Of a stretch of DNA of 64,000 nucleotides, positions 1 through 13,958 are shown in pieces (position 1 is the stretch's first letter; each line of letters opens with the position of its first letter). The notes under the pieces are model-generated. The model saw only the letters and a list, made by a program, of their open reading frames with translations. It did not search any database and was not told where the DNA came from. The stretch lies in the NCBI GenBank assembly GCA_964016885.1, contig OZ024741.1:57536001-57600000 (forward strand), read 5' to 3'. The translations under genes were made by a program, and so were the position numbers. Source of the DNA: Eledone cirrhosa (Eukaryota).

Positions 1-479
1 TTATATAAGTAATATAAATATATGTAATTATTGCACACCATACTGGTGATAGCCATCTGTGAGACTAAATGACGTGGTGTGTGCCGTCTTGTGATTTTTC
101 GATGGAGAGTTACACATGGCAAGGGGACATAACTTACTTTTATGCAATACCATTTTCAATGCATAGTGTCTGTGTTGGACCTCCGTCGGTACCAACAACG
201 AGAGTTCCGTGAAATTAACGTGCAAGTGGCTGAGCATTCCATACACACGTGCACCCTTAATGGAGTCCTCATGGAAATTCAACGGAACACTGTGTAACAA
301 AGATGGCCAATTACAGGCACAATTGTAATTCAGTGGAGTGGAGCAATATGAAATGTAGTGTCTTGCTCAAATATAGAACGCATCGCCCGGCCTAGGAATC
401 AAACTCACGATCTCATGATTTCGAAGCGAGCTTATTAATCACTCATGCTCTTACTACCAACTATCCATGTACATTTACT

Positions 480-1030
480 ACATACAAAGTCTACCTTTCC
501 TGTTAGTCAGCTTGCTATCCCATTACACCTCTTGTTTACCTAAGATTTACCTTGTGTGTATCATATAAAGTTTCTACACCTTTTCTACATATCAAGCAAG
601 GCCATTTCTCTAATGAGATCAGGGTCCTGTCTTCTTTTCTACTTAATAAAACTTTGAGCCGCAGACAGAAATTTTTCTCTGGTTCTTCCACAGATCAAGC
701 TAGAAGAACCAGATCATCTGCACACAGAAGTATCCATGGACTGCCAGTCATAGACTCCTCTATTATGACCTAGGCTTGCAGTGCTCTCACAAGCAATTCT
801 TCTACACTTAGTTACCTTAAGGACCACCAGATGACTATTTGTGGTACCCTGTTAAAGTCCTTCTCTAGATCAAGAAAAGCTAGATATAGAGGCTTACTCT
901 TAGCTGGGAACTTCTCTTGCAGTTGTTTCACAAAGAAGAAGGCAACTGTCATACTCCTCCCTGGCACAATACAAAAATGCATCTTATCTAAAGTGATTCT
1001 TTCTCAATTTGTTATATCAGGCCATCTGGA
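480..1030 (-). mobile_element. Degenerate RTE LINE fragment (RT region)
   Basis: Reverse complement resembles the RT region of the RTE at 20875-22962 (LDKMHFCIVPGRS, LYLAFLDLEKDF-like words), with stops and frameshifts. Confidence 0.7.
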
Positions 1031-1229
1031 TCTGTCCCTAGTGCTATGTTCCAAAACTGTATATTTTAAAGTTTATCTAAAAACTTTCCATCATAATTTT
1101 ATGTAAGAACCTTTTTGTTATATTACTAAATCCCTTGAAGTTCTTGATTATTTTCAAAATGGTTTAAAAATTAAAGGCAGTGTTTTTCATTAGAAATATA
1201 TTAGTGAAATGGTTACATCAAACTCTTCT

Positions 1230-2030
1230 TCTTCTTGTTGGAGTGAATCATGGGAGCAAAGTCCTCAAACAAGCCTTCCAGAAGTTCCTATCAAAAGCAA
1301 TCATCTAATATGGCTGGATCCCCAATCAAATCCAACCGAGTTCGTGGATGTTATCCAACCATCTTACATTCTAACCACATGTCTGTAGTACTGCAGTGCA
1401 AAGCTATGCACCCTGTTGAGTAACATTACTCTAAAGACCCTTCAGAGGAACCCCATTTCAGTCGCTTATATTCATGATCACATTATTTTGGTCATTACCC
1501 AAGATTCATGATCATAGGTAAAGGTAGGCATGAACACTGAATTGAGGATAGTGAGTTTGGCATTTATACCTACCTTCCTTCTTTTGACGACCAAGTACTG
1601 AAGCTGGCACATCAGCTTAATTCAGCATTCTGCTTTCCATCATTCATGAAAATGACCCTGAGACATTTGAATTTCTCCACCAGCTACAGTGTAACACCAT
1701 TCATATGTACAGTGCACAGTGCAAGCTTCCTTGAGAGGACAAGTATCTTAGTCTTCACAGCATTGATTTTCATACCTGGTGTGCAGCACCTGACAACAAA
1801 CTTATCCAGTGCATGTCAGAGATCACCTTCCGGCAAGTTAAGTAATACCATGTCATCTGCAAATTCCAGCTGACTACACCTACCAGTCTTGATACCATTT
1901 CCAACCTGGTTGACATGTCAATCCCATCCATGAAGATTATGAACAGGAGAGGTGACAGTCAATACTCCTGGCAGAGTCCAACACCCACATAGAATGGTTT
2001 TGACTTAGCTCCATTAATCCAAACACAAAT
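1230..2030 (-). mobile_element. Degenerate RTE-clade LINE 3' fragment
   Basis: Minus strand gives an RT-like LSPLLFIIFMDG...EFADDMVLL segment and ends in a short (GAA)n tail. Confidence 0.55.
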
Positions 2031-2639
2031 ATTAGGGTTTTGGATGATGTATTCCTAGATATACTACATCTACAACTAGTAGTTAGCAATATAAAGCCAT
2101 TTTCTCTGTTAAAGCAGAGGTTAGTCTTGACAGGCCTTATATTTTCATTTGAGAGAATATTTACAGACTGTCTGAAAAATTAGAAAAAGTACAGGATGGT
2201 CAAAGCTGAAAACAACAACAATAATAACAAATATGTGACTTCATATGTAAGTTTATCGGGTCTCCTACGAGGTTGCATCTTATTGGATGCTTCTTGGTAA
2301 TTTTAAAATAGGAAACACAGTCCTATCATGTTACAGCTCACACCTATGCAGGTTAGCTGGCCTCCTAAAAGGTTATATCTCATTGGAGGTTTCTCAAGTG
2401 TTTTAAAGATAAGAGTCCCAGTTCTATCATGTTACAGTTCACACCTGCATATGTTTGGCTGGCTTTCTATGTTGTTGCATCTCATTGGAGGCTTCTCAGA
2501 TATTTTAATCATAGGAACCCCAGTCCTATCATCCTGTTACAGCTCACACCTATGCAGGTTTAACTAGTTTTATATGAAGTTGCATCTCATTGAAGGCTTC
2601 TTGGGTGTTTTAATGATAGAGGCTCCAGTCTCAAAGACC

Positions 2640-3530
2640 TTGGGGACTGCAGAATGTAAAGAACATCACGCCATAGCTCCAATCTGTCATGCCAGCAACA
2701 CACTTCTATGAGTTCTGCTGCAGAAAACACAGTAGTTTGTGGAGGGACAATTCATCGAGGTGCATTGGGCTTTCAAAAGAAGGCTGGGACAATTTATCAG
2801 ATATTCAACATCAGGATTATTATGGAAAAGGCATATGAATACAATATACCCCTGTACATGGCCTTCATTGATTACAAGAAAATTTTCAACTCAGTTCAAC
2901 ACTCAACTCTGTGGACCATACTGATGAAGATGGATGTCAACACTGCAGTAGTTGACCTATTGAAGAAACTATATAGTGTGTAGCATACAGCAGTTTAAGT
3001 GGAGGACCATCTGGAAAGGTGCTGCAGGGTGCCTCATGTCAGTCATATTCTTCAACTTTTACTCAGAAGAGGTAATGTGATAATCAGCAGATGATCTATC
3101 CTGGATAGGAGTAACCATTGGTGGCTGGAATCTCAACAGCTTTGCTGATGATATCCTTCTTAGAGCAAAGACTGCTTGATAATGTGGAAAGGGTCTCTGG
3201 TGAGTATCAGCTTAAGATCAACACCAGGAAGATGAGTCATGGCAGCCAATAGGGAACTGGTATGGCTAGACATTTAATGTTGAGGAGTCACACCAGCTCA
3301 AGTGGAAAATTTAAAGTACCTGAGAACGACAATAGATCAAACAGAGAATGGTTGGAGACAGCAAAATTTGCATTTAGGTCCCTCAACACCCTGTTGAAAG
3401 ACAGCGCTTTCATCAAGAGCATTAAGCCAAAGTTTCTGAAGACCCTGGTATATCCAGTGGCACTGTGTAACTGTGAGACATGGACACTAAAAAACCACTG
3501 ATGTTAACAAACTGTTGTCATTTGAGACAA
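2640..3530 (+). mobile_element. Degenerate RTE/BovB-like LINE RT fragment
   Basis: ORF 2708-2983 contains QIFNIRIIMEKAYEYNIPLYMAFIDYKK; downstream FADDILL and LVYPVALCNCETWT are RT-associated words. Confidence 0.75.
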
Positions 3531-3945
3531 GTTTCAGGTGGGCACTGCACATCAGCAGTGAGAAGAAGGAGGAGAAGAACAAGGGCATCAGTCATATTAT
3601 GTTGTTACAGCTCACACCTATGCAGGTTTAGCTGGCCTCCTACAAGGTTGCATCTCATAGGAGGCTTCTCAGGTGTATAACAATAATAGGGGCCTCAGTC
3701 CTATCATAAAAAGACAGCGCACACATGCAATTTTAGTTAACCTCCTCCTATGAGGTTCAATGTAAGAAAAGCCATTTCAAAATGAGGGCATGTCACTTTG
3801 AAATGAGATATGCAATTTCAAAATGAGTACATGACACTTCAAAGTGAGTACAGCAATTTCTTTTGGTTTTGTTTTTTTACTCCACCCACTTGCCAGATAC
3901 TGTGAACTTCTAAACAACAGAACACAAGTGAACTATTATTATACA

Positions 3946-3994
<49 letters not shown>

Positions 3995-4429
3995 ATACAC
4001 ACACACACACACACACACACACAAATATATATTCTTTCCACATAATTAAGCAGCAGATATTGTATGCCACTCCTTACAACTCATTACTCCCATAATAGCT
4101 TGTCTGTAGTTTATTTACCAAACAATTTTTTCTTTTTTTGTTAATTTAGACTTTTTGTAATTCAACCAATAATTCTCGACATAGTAATAATGTTACCATT
4201 TAGTTGATTATAGCTGTGCAGCTATGCTAGGGATTTGGGGCACCACCTTGATTTAGTTGATCATATCAGCATCAGTACTTACTTTTCAACTCTAGTACTT
4301 ATTTTATCTATCTCCTTTTTGTCAAACTGCTAAGTTAAGAGACATGCTATGATCATGCTATGATCATGCTATGATCATTGCTATGATCATGCTATGATCA
4401 TAGCATCATAGAGACATGCTATGATCATT

Positions 4430-6722
4430 GCCAATCTATCCCTCATGGGCAGTAACAAAAACCACAACCATCTCCAAACAGCTCACTTTGACTGGAATAT
4501 AGCAGACAAACTGTTACTGCATCGAGTTGCAACGTCCAAACTGGCTTGAGTTCTACGACTCTGGAGATGTCAACACTGTACTCCAGAACATCCTGAGCTC
4601 AATATGGACAGCATGTCCAGCATCGGTGCCACGTAAGCAGAAAAAACATCCCAAAAGTGCAATTTGGGAGACTGCAGCAGTCCGTCTTGCCAGAAAAGAA
4701 TGTTGTAATGCTGAACGTGAGTACAAACTGCATAAATCAGATATCAATAGGAAGAGGCGAAATAAATCATCCAACCATCTCAAACAGGTGACAAAAAAGG
4801 CAGTGCTTCAATTTGAGCAGCGCCTAGCAACCAACCCTAACAGTAAGGTGTTCTGGAAGTATGTTCACTCAAAGCAGAGGTCTCACTCTCCAGTTGGTCC
4901 TCTTCGCAATCCCCACACAAGCCAGGTTACTGACGACCCAAAGGAATGCGCAGAGCTCATTGCTGAATGCTATGCAGGCATTTTCACTATTGAAGACCAG
5001 AGTGTACCATCTCCACCACCTATGACACCGGACTCTATTACAACCATGGAATTTACACCTGCAATGCTGCGGCGTCACCTTAAAAATAAACGCAGCCATG
5101 CCTCTCCTGGTCTTGATGGTGTTACGTACCTGCTTCTTAAACGTGGTGGGTACTTCCTTCTGCACCAGCTATCACGCTTCTTCCAATTCTGTCTGAACAA
5201 CGGTGCTACTCCAGAACAGTGGAAAACTGCCAGTGTCATTCCTCTGTTCAAAAAGGGTGACCGCACATCACCTGTGAACTATCGTCCAGTCAGTCTTACT
5301 AGTTGCATCGCCAAATTGATGGAATCCTGTGTCAGAAAAACACTTTGGAACTTCTGGAACTCTCACAGTCTTATCCGGCCCTTGCAATTTGGATTTCTCC
5401 CTAACTCCAGATGCTGTGATCAACTTATAGAGTTTCTTGAGGACATCACCCGGATCACTGATGGCGGCTCATGGGTGGATGTTGTTTACCTTGACTTTGC
5501 TAAAGCTTTCAATTCTGTGCCACACAAAAGGCTTATGGCAAAACTCTCTGCAATTGGTGTGAAGGATGATCTTTTTAACTGGTTGAAGTCCTTCATTCTC
5601 AGTCGAAGAGAGGTAGTCATGGTTCTAGGACAGCATTCCTCACCATATGAGATGTCATCTGGTGTAACACAGGGATCTGTTCTTGGCCCCCTTTTGTTTG
5701 TGGCATATATTAATGACATAGATGCCAACTTAAAGAATGCCACAGTACTGAAATATGCAGATGACATCAAGCTGTATCTTGAGATAAAAAGGACCGATCC
5801 TGAACACTATAGATCTTGCCTGCAATCTGACCTGGAGACAATGCAACAATGGATCACAGACTGGCAACTCAAGCTGGCTGTGGACAAGTGCACCACCATG
5901 CATTTTGGGAGTAAAAATCCAGCATCCACATACTCTCTCCACAACACTAATATCAAGAAGTCTTCTTGTGAATGTGACCTGGGCATTACGGTCAGCAGTG
6001 ATTTGCGTTGGACAAAGCATGTCTCTAAAATTGTCAACAAGGCCGAGGGTGTCTTAGCATCACTCAGCAAGACCTTTGTGAGCTGATCTCCAGCCATCTA
6101 TTTAAAGCTGTACATAGCTGTGGTGCGGCCACACTTAGAATTTGCATCACCAGTCTGGAACCCCTATCTTGCTCAGAATATTGACCGCCTGGAAACTGTT
6201 CAGAGACGTGCAACCAAGCGAATACCCTCCATCAGGCATCTACCATACTCTGAACGCCTTGCTTCCCTGGGCATGGATACATTGAAGCTCCGACGTCTGG
6301 CAACTGACTTGGTAAACACCCACAAAATTATTAACCATCTTGCCAACAACAACCCTGAGTACCTTTTTGATTTCCATGTGTCTAACACACGTGGGCATGC
6401 CCACAAAGTCAGAAAACAGCACAGTTCCCATGACTTTCGGAAACATTTTTTCACGCTCACAGTTGTGAAGCATGGAACAAACTACCTGCATCAGTTATTA
6501 GCTGTCGAAACACTGCATCCTTTAAAACCTCCATGCTTCCTGAGATTCGCCAACACTACACCTAATATTCCCCCTCCATACACATACACACATGTATATC
6601 ATGACTCATACACTATTCACTTCCCTGACATTTGTATATTATTCTATGTACTATACATGCACCTTTGATGAGTTGTAGTGCACCTGAGCACTTTACACAA
6701 TAATTTCATTATTATTATTATT
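4430..6722 (+). mobile_element. CR1-clade LINE, 5'-truncated (ORF2 RT with one premature stop) and (ATT)n tail
   Basis: ORFs 4527-6086 and 6120-6668 contain SPGLDG, NYRPVSLTS, QFGF, YLDFAKAFNSVPH, GVTQGSVLGPLLF, YADDIKL, VRPHLEFASPVWNP and TRGH; the element ends in cattattattattatt. Confidence 0.93.
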
Positions 6723-7714
6723 ATAAATAGACACGGATGGACACACACACATATATACATACATAAATAGACATACCTATGTATATACACATACATAAAC
6801 TCACATATATGATGGGCTTCTGCAGTTTCCATCTACCACATTCCTCTCATAAGGCATTGGTCAACCTGAGGGTATAGAAGAAGACACATTCCTAAAGTGC
6901 CATGCAGCAAGAATGAACCCAAAATCACGTGGTTGCTCAGCAAACTCCTTAACCACACAGCCTTGCCTTTAAAGTTATTTTGTAACAGCTGGAGAAGAAA
7001 TAACATTTAAGCTGAAAAGTAGCTGATAATAATAACAACAACAATAATAAAAGTAATTAAAAAATAAAATGAACAAAAATAAACCTTAGAAGCAAAGAAG
7101 TCGATCAACTGGTTTTACTTTCACTGGTACAATAGAAAATTTATAATATCAAAGAGAATTGAAATGCAACTTTGTTGTTGCTATTCAATGCTCTTGTTAG
7201 GGATACAGATAAAATCCAAATCCTACCAGACAAAAACCCCATATAGTAAAAAATAAAACAGTAATAGTTAAAACAAAATCTATTTATAACTTTTAAGAGC
7301 TAACATTATGAAATGTAAGTAATTTACCAGTTAAAAAATAAATCAACACTATTTATTCATATTCTGAATTATATTATATTATATATTATGTGGGTTTTTT
7401 TTGTTTGGTAGGCATAGGGAATTTTGTCCAGTAGAGTTTCTGTCATGGATATGTCTTGTTAAACTCTTATTTTCTCTTTAATTTCTTCTACATACCTATT
7501 GTGAAATGTGCTTGCCTAATTCATGCTATCCAGTGTCATATCATTCATAAGGCCGACTAGGCTGAAGCTGAAGCCTAGGTGCTCCTCAATTTCTTTGTTG
7601 TAGTGGAGTGTTTGATGGGGCCAGAAATAACTGAAGGCCAGAGGCCCAGATGTGAGTTAATATGGTCCTACTGGTCAACCTGGTGAGAAGATTTATATTT
7701 ATGTATGGAATGTA

Positions 7715-7880
7715 CTATATTTCCCGGCGTCGACGGCGCTACTTTTTTCCTAAAATAAGTCTTGAAAATCTACCATGCGTCCTGGAGGCCGAAGGTTATT
7801 TTTTTTTTTTTTTAATTTTTGGTTGTCAAAATTAGGGTGCGTCCTCGAGGTCAAAGCATCTTTGGTTTTAGGAAATACAG
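7715..7880. mobile_element. Tc1/mariner-type MITE
   Basis: TA-flanked imperfect terminal inverted repeats (ctatatttccc...ggaaatacag); a second inverted copy lies at 23626-23795. Confidence 0.65.
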
Positions 7881-8375
7881 TAATTCTTAATTGACGTTTA
7901 GCTTATATTTTATAGGACTCATGGCCTAGTAGTTAGAATGTTAGACACATGGCCTAGTGGTTGGGGTGTTGGACTCCAAATCATAAAGGTCAAGGGTTGA
8001 TATGACCCAGGTATTTATTGAGCTAACCAAAACACAAGGAAACTGATGAATTTTCAATACATATACTCATCCCTTTACAAGTTCAATATCATCAACAACT
8101 TAATCAATAATAGACTGGGCATGGTTGTGTTGTTAAGGAGTTCACTTTGTAATCATGAGGTCTTGAGTTCAATTCCACTGCGTGCTATTTTAGGCAAGTG
8201 TCTTGTGTCAACCCAGACAATGAAATTGGATAGACAGAAACTGTGTGGAAGCCTGTCAGGTGGACTGCACCAGTAATTTGAAGATGTGGCCTTGTTACAC
8301 AGTGACACACTGGTATTGCCTAAGAATTATGTTCAGGGTGCACATGTCTATGGAATACTCAACCACTTAAACAAT

Positions 8376-8563
8376 AATTGTTTCTACTTTTGGCACAAGG
8401 CCAGCAATTATTCCAGTGCATTACTGGTACTTTATTTTATCGTCCCATACGGATGAAAGGCAAAGTTAACCTCGGTGGGATTTGAACTCAGATCGTAAAG
8501 GACCATAACTCTGTACTGCAAAGCAGGCGTCCGATCCTTTACTGATACTGCCAATCCACCACT
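8376..8563 (-). mobile_element. SINE family B copy
   Basis: Reverse complement of the family consensus seen at 36582-36770 (B-box gttcaaatccc, gactttgcctttcatcc, aaataaagtaccagt). Confidence 0.8.
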
Positions 8564-8692
8564 TACACAATAATACAAGTTGGACTGTACCTGCATTTCA
8601 ATTGTTTAGACCTTTCACATATTGTGTCATGCTGATCCTGCTTGGGAATTTTGTTAAGGGTACACTTGCCTGTGGAATACTTAACCACTTAC

Positions 8693-9036
8693 GGAGGCAC
8701 ATGGCTTAGTGGTTAGAGCATTGGCCTTGCAATCGAAAGGTTGTGAGTTCAATTCTCAGACCAGGTGATGTGTTGTTTCCTTGAGCAAGACACTTTATTT
8801 CACATTGCTCCAGTTTACTCAGCTGTAGAAATGAGATGGTAGGGACTGGGGTCCCTATCATTCCACTGCAAAGTGGTCGTGGAGGTGCCATGGCAAAAAA
8901 GCACCCAGCACTCACTGTAAATGAGGTTGGTGTTAGGAAGGGCATCCAGCTGTAGAAATCAAGCCAGAATCAAGTCCCGTCCCACCCTTGCAAGCAGGGA
9001 AAAGTGGACGTAAAATGAAATGATGATGATGATGAT
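8693..9036 (+). mobile_element. tRNA-derived SINE family A with RTE-derived 3' tail
   Basis: A-box tggcttagtggttagagc, B-box gagttcaattctc; tail cccgtcccacccttgcaagcagggaaaagtggacgtaaaatg(atg)n matches the RTE 3' end at 22925-22985. Confidence 0.9.
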
Positions 9037-9664
9037 TACACGATAATACAAGATAAATTGTACCTGTCATTCAAAAGTTTAGTTTTGTTACATATTGTGT
9101 CAAGTTGATACATTTTTTTTCTTGTTTTCCTTTTTTCAAATGGTCTTTATATGTCTATGTTTTGAACACCCCTGGTTCTACAATACAAAGTTGTTTATAT
9201 TTATGTGAAAACTCTTCCATCATGATTATTTATTTGTTAAGTGAGTTAAATTATTTATTTATGGAATATATTATGTAAATAGTTTAATAGAAAAAGAAAA
9301 AAAAGAAAATTTAGATTGAGAAGAAAGATTGAAAAAACAGAAAAGGGAGTGAATGGCAAGGACTCTAGTATCACAGAAGATGGGGAGGGGAGGGGGATTC
9401 TGAATGGGCTCTGGGCCTAGGGCAATTTGTTAAGTTATATTCCAAATGCCAGATTAACAAGGAGAAAGTTAGTTTTATTATTAAATGCATCCAAATTCTT
9501 GATTGTTTTGAAAATAATTTGAAAATCATAGGAAGTGTCTTTTATTACAAATATGACAATGAAAGAGGAAAAAAATCATCTAATTAGAAGAGTATGGTAA
9601 AATAGACTAAGAGGAGGCAATCCTTTTTCAAATGATAATTATTTAATGGCTAAGTAAATAAAGG

Positions 9665-10090
9665 CCGAAGGCATGTGACTTAGTGGTTAGGGTGATCGGC
9701 TCACGATCATGAGGTCGATTTCAAGCGACGTGTTGTGTCCTTGAGCAAGACATTCTATTTCACGATGATCTAGTCCATTCAATTGGGAAAAATGAATTAT
9801 ATCTGTAATTCAAAGTGCCAGCCTTGTCACTCTGAATCTCCTTGAAAGCTACGTTAAGGATATACGTGTTTGTGAAATACTCAGTCACGTACACTATAAT
9901 ACAAATGGACTCTACCTGTAATTTAAAGGGTCAGCCTCGTCGCAGACTGTCAAACTGAATCTCCCTGAGAATTACGTTAAAAGTGCATGTGTCTGTAGAA
10001 TGCTCAACCTCCTACACGCTAATTTCATTTTCAGGCTGTTCCGTTGATTGAGCAACTGGAACACTCGTCGACACCGACGGAAGTCCATTC
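9665..10090 (+). mobile_element. Degenerate tRNA-derived SINE copies upstream of MED29
   Basis: A-box-like gtgacttagtggttaggg, central tgtccttgagcaagaca, and a tail shared with other copies (28-430, 11115-11460). Confidence 0.6.
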
Positions 10091-10181
10091 CACTCTATGA
10101 CCTTTAACGTCAGTCAATCTTTCCCAATACGCTTTGCGTGTCCAGGGGGAGATAACCATTTAATAGACCACAAAAAAAAAC

Positions 10182-10661
10182 ATGGCGTCTGGTGCCCAAG
10201 TTCCTCCAACACAACAACAACCTGCACCTCAACAACCTACCCAGATGACCCACCAGCAGGTAGATTTTGACCAAATATCGCGATATAAGATGATGATGCC
10301 GCGTTTAAAAGAATCTTTAGTCAATTTGATTAAACTAGCTTCGCAGGCATTTCGGCAGAATGCTAGCGTCGACGCTGGTAACAAACTGAACATAGAAAGC
10401 ATACAGCCGAAATTTGAACGAGGTCTGGAAGACTTGTACGCTATATGTGACCAGATGGAGGTGATACTAAGACTTGCTCAAGAAGCCAGCGCCCAGATAA
10501 TCGACGGCAACCGATTTACACCGATTCCTGTCGTCACAAATAAAACAGATAACCAAGACGGACAAAGCCAGTCCTACCCGCAATACCAAAGTACAGTCAG
10601 AGCACAGATTTCTACAGCGAAAGAAATTCACGAGATACTCAAAAGGCCGGATAAATCATAA
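10182..10661 (+). CDS. MED29: Mediator of RNA polymerase II transcription subunit 29 (intersex), single exon, 159 aa
   Basis: Intact ORF with good start context (aaacATGG). Q/P-rich N-terminus, then DFDQISRYKMMMPRLKESL, KFERGLEDLYAICDQMEVILRLAQE and SYPQYQSTVRAQISTAKEIHEIL, which resemble the conserved MED29/Intersex blocks (recognised from memory). Confidence 0.9.
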   Translation: MASGAQVPPTQQQPAPQQPTQMTHQQVDFDQISRYKMMMPRLKESLVNLIKLASQAFRQNASVDAGNKLNIESIQPKFERGLEDLYAICDQMEVILRLAQEASAQIIDGNRFTPIPVVTNKTDNQDGQSQSYPQYQSTVRAQISTAKEIHEILKRPDKS

Positions 10662-11654
10662 CTTTTGTTTTTTTCTTTTCTTTAACCCCTTCTCTTTTTT
10701 TAAATGAAATTATTTTTATTAACACACGACCTGTGTAATTCGTCTTTTGAAACTAATTTTGTAAAAAACAAACAAAAAGACCCCCCCTCCCCTCCGAAAA
10801 AAACACACCCACATACATCGCACGCACAAAATTACTTTATTTATAAAATGCCAGACTTAAAGAATAATATTGACTGAGGTCGATATAATTGACTAAAACA
10901 CCTTCATGACAGTACCCCTGTATGGATGCAGTCTTATGACTGAAACTAAGAAGAATATAATGCCCCAAAGACATTACTGAAATAAACGTGTCAGTGTATT
11001 TATATATCCACGTATAATCTTCTCAAATTGTTTGTTGTTTACATTTAACCATTTATTTGCCTTGTTCACGTTTGTGCAGTAATTATTTTGAATTTCTTAA
11101 TCATCTTAACCCTTTTGATACCACGCCACCTGTGTTGGACCTCCGTCGGTCCCGACGATGAGTGTTCCAGTTCTTATAACGGGCAGCCTGCTCATTTAAC
11201 GTGCATGTGGCTGAGCATTCCAGAGTCACGTGTGTGTTGGACCTCCGACGATGAGTGTTCCAATTATACCAAACGACCTGCGTTGGACCACCGTTGGATC
11301 CAACGATAAGCGTTTCATTTGTTAGAACAACGATACTGTCTGCTCGTGAAATTAACGTGCAAATGGCTGAAATTCTACAGACACCTGCCCCCATAACGTA
11401 GTCTTCAAGGAGGAGATTCAGCGTGACATTGTGACAAGTTGGGCCCTTTGAATTACAATCACTTTTATGTTAATTCCCGTGTTGAATGTTTAGTCGGTTA
11501 ATCGAACAAATGAATATTCATCGTCGAAACCAACGGAGGAATCATCAATTTTATATATTTTCTGTATCTATCCTTTGTGACTCTGTCTCTATTTTTGTGC
11601 TCTTGAAGAAGGTCTAAAGCCCGACACGTCGAACTTTCTTTCCCCTTTTCCATA

Positions 11655-12080
11655 TCTGGCAATGGACTTGGTAAATACCCACAAAGTCATTAACCATCTC
11701 GCCAACAACAACCCTGAGCACCTTTTTTATCTCCATGTGTATAACACACGTGGACATGCCTACAAAATCAGAAAACAGCACAGCTCCCATGACTTTCGTA
11801 AACATTTTTTCACGCTCAGAGTTGCTGAAGCATGGAACAAACTACCTGCATCAGTTGTTAGCTGCTTAGACACTGCATCCTTTAAGACACTCATGCTTCC
11901 CGAAATACGCCAAAACTACACCTGATGAACCCCTTCCATACACATGCACACATGTGTATATCATGACTCATGCACTGTTCATTTTCCTGACGTTTGTACA
12001 TTACCCTATGTACTATACATACACTTTTTGATGAGTTGTAGTGCACCTGAGCACTACACAATATTTCATTATTATTATTA
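11655..12080 (+). mobile_element. CR1 LINE 3' fragment, same family as 4430-6722
   Basis: High similarity to 6296-6722; ORF 11662-11925 has TRGH...FFTLRVAEAWNKLP; (ATT)n tail. Confidence 0.9.
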
Positions 12081-12379
12081 TAAAACATGAAACTAATAAG
12101 ACTTTTTGTTCCTGTCGTGTCGTTTCCTTTAACTGTGTATGTGTGTGTATATGTATATATATATATATATATATCCTTCGAATGAAACAGTTCTAGTCCT
12201 GTAGAAGCCATTTCTATATTAAATATTTATACTCTGCTATGTATTGAGTACCTTACTTACTGTGGTTACCCCTGATTGAACCCGGGATACACACACACAC
12301 ACACACATATATATATATGGGCGGGGGTTGGTGGGGGAACAAGTATACAGGATGGAGATGGGTGAGTATTAAGATGTGG

Positions 12380-12975
12380 AAAGGTACATGGGTGCAGACT
12401 AGTGTCCTCTGTTTGCTTCAACCTGTGCACATGGGATGGTGGGTCTTCTGAAGTACAGCATATCACCAGAGCTCTCGATCCAGTGTCATCACCTTTAAGA
12501 GGTTTAATTGTGCAAGGTCATCTTTTATCACTTCACCTCAAGCTTTCCTAGGTCTTCCTCATCCATAGTTTCCTTCAGCTTTAAGTGCCCTGCGTCTTTT
12601 TATACAGCTGTCATCCTCCATCTGTATCACATGTCAATACACTATATCTGATCCCTTTTATGCCCACTTTCTCTTTCAGTTCATTGATGCTTTGCCATTC
12701 CTGTATACTACTATTACACATCCATTGGAGCATGCAAGCTTCATTTCTTGCCAATCTTCCTAGGTCCTGTGCACACAACAGCACCAGTTCTTACACTCCC
12801 ATGTAATATTGCTATTCGAACACAAACATCATACAACCTGCTTTACATTTTCAGAGAAAAACCTTTTGTAGCTAGCAATGGTAGTAGCTCCCTGAACTTT
12901 TCCCATCCCGTTCTCATTCTGGTTACTGTACTTTCAAAACATTCGCCTCCACTGCTAATTTGGTCACCCAGTTAA
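12380..12975 (-). mobile_element. RTE LINE 3' fragment
   Basis: Minus strand resembles the RTE C-terminus (GWEKFRELLPLL, KGFSLK). Confidence 0.75.
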
Positions 12976-13958
12976 CTTGCTCCAGGTCTGATTCAGTCCA
13001 GATTATTGGCTGGACAAAAACTGGAACAAATTAACTATCAGAGTAGCAACCCTTGTACCAAGAAGAATCTATTCTTGAAAGTTTAGGCAGAGATGAGGAA
13101 TGTATATATTGCCTTGGTCATCTTCTACCACCTGACCATCATGCCTTGTCCCAGTTCACATTTCTGTCCTCACAGGTGTGTCTGCTCTTTCACTTTTTCT
13201 GAAAGTGGTTCATCTGCTGCCAACATCCACTGTAGCAGACTGGGCATGCTGCGACAGTTGATATGTAGACATGTTGTGGCTGCAACATCTAGCATTTACT
13301 TGATGTGTGTGGTTCCCATTTTGTAGACATGTTATTCTAGCTCATCTCCTTGATGGAGCTAAAAGTCTGGGTCAAGCAAAGTCCGAAAGGGAGTGCTTGG
13401 CAACTGGAATGTTGTCATGCACTTACAGCCTTCCACAAGTCAGGCACTGCAATTGGTGGCAAATCCACTTTAGCATTCTATAGAGGATTAATGATATGGA
13501 AAAGCAACAATGTTCTTGTTGAGAAACTAGATGTTGAAGACGATCAGTTAGCTACTCTCTTTCATAGAACAGGGTTCATAGACAACTTCCAGAAATCTCT
13601 GACCTGGCAATGCTACTGGGGAGGGGAGGGGTATTAACAGTTCGAGATAAGCCCTACATGCACTTCAAGCTAACTGGTTTTTACAGAAGTTTTCCACAAG
13701 TGGCCCTCAGACATCTCTCAATTGAAGAATTTTTTTTGTTATAATTTTATTGTTACCTTCTTTTTGTTTTCGTTATACCTGTATATACACCCCCACATTC
13801 AATGTTTTGTCTTGTTCTCTCATCAATGTTTTCTTCATGTGAATCCATTGTAGTTAATAATGAAGTCATTATTATTATTATTACAGTTAGGGTGGTGGAT
13901 AGGCAGAGTTATTAAAGTGTCAGACAAAAGCTTAGCATTATTTGTTCTAGGTTTTTAC

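Noticed and set aside
4340-4430. 11-bp tandem catgctatgat
   Set aside because: Short slippage repeat at the CR1 5' junction with no further structure
8693-8770. tRNA gene
   Set aside because: The tRNA-like head continues into a SINE body and RTE tail, and it is repeated six times in the window
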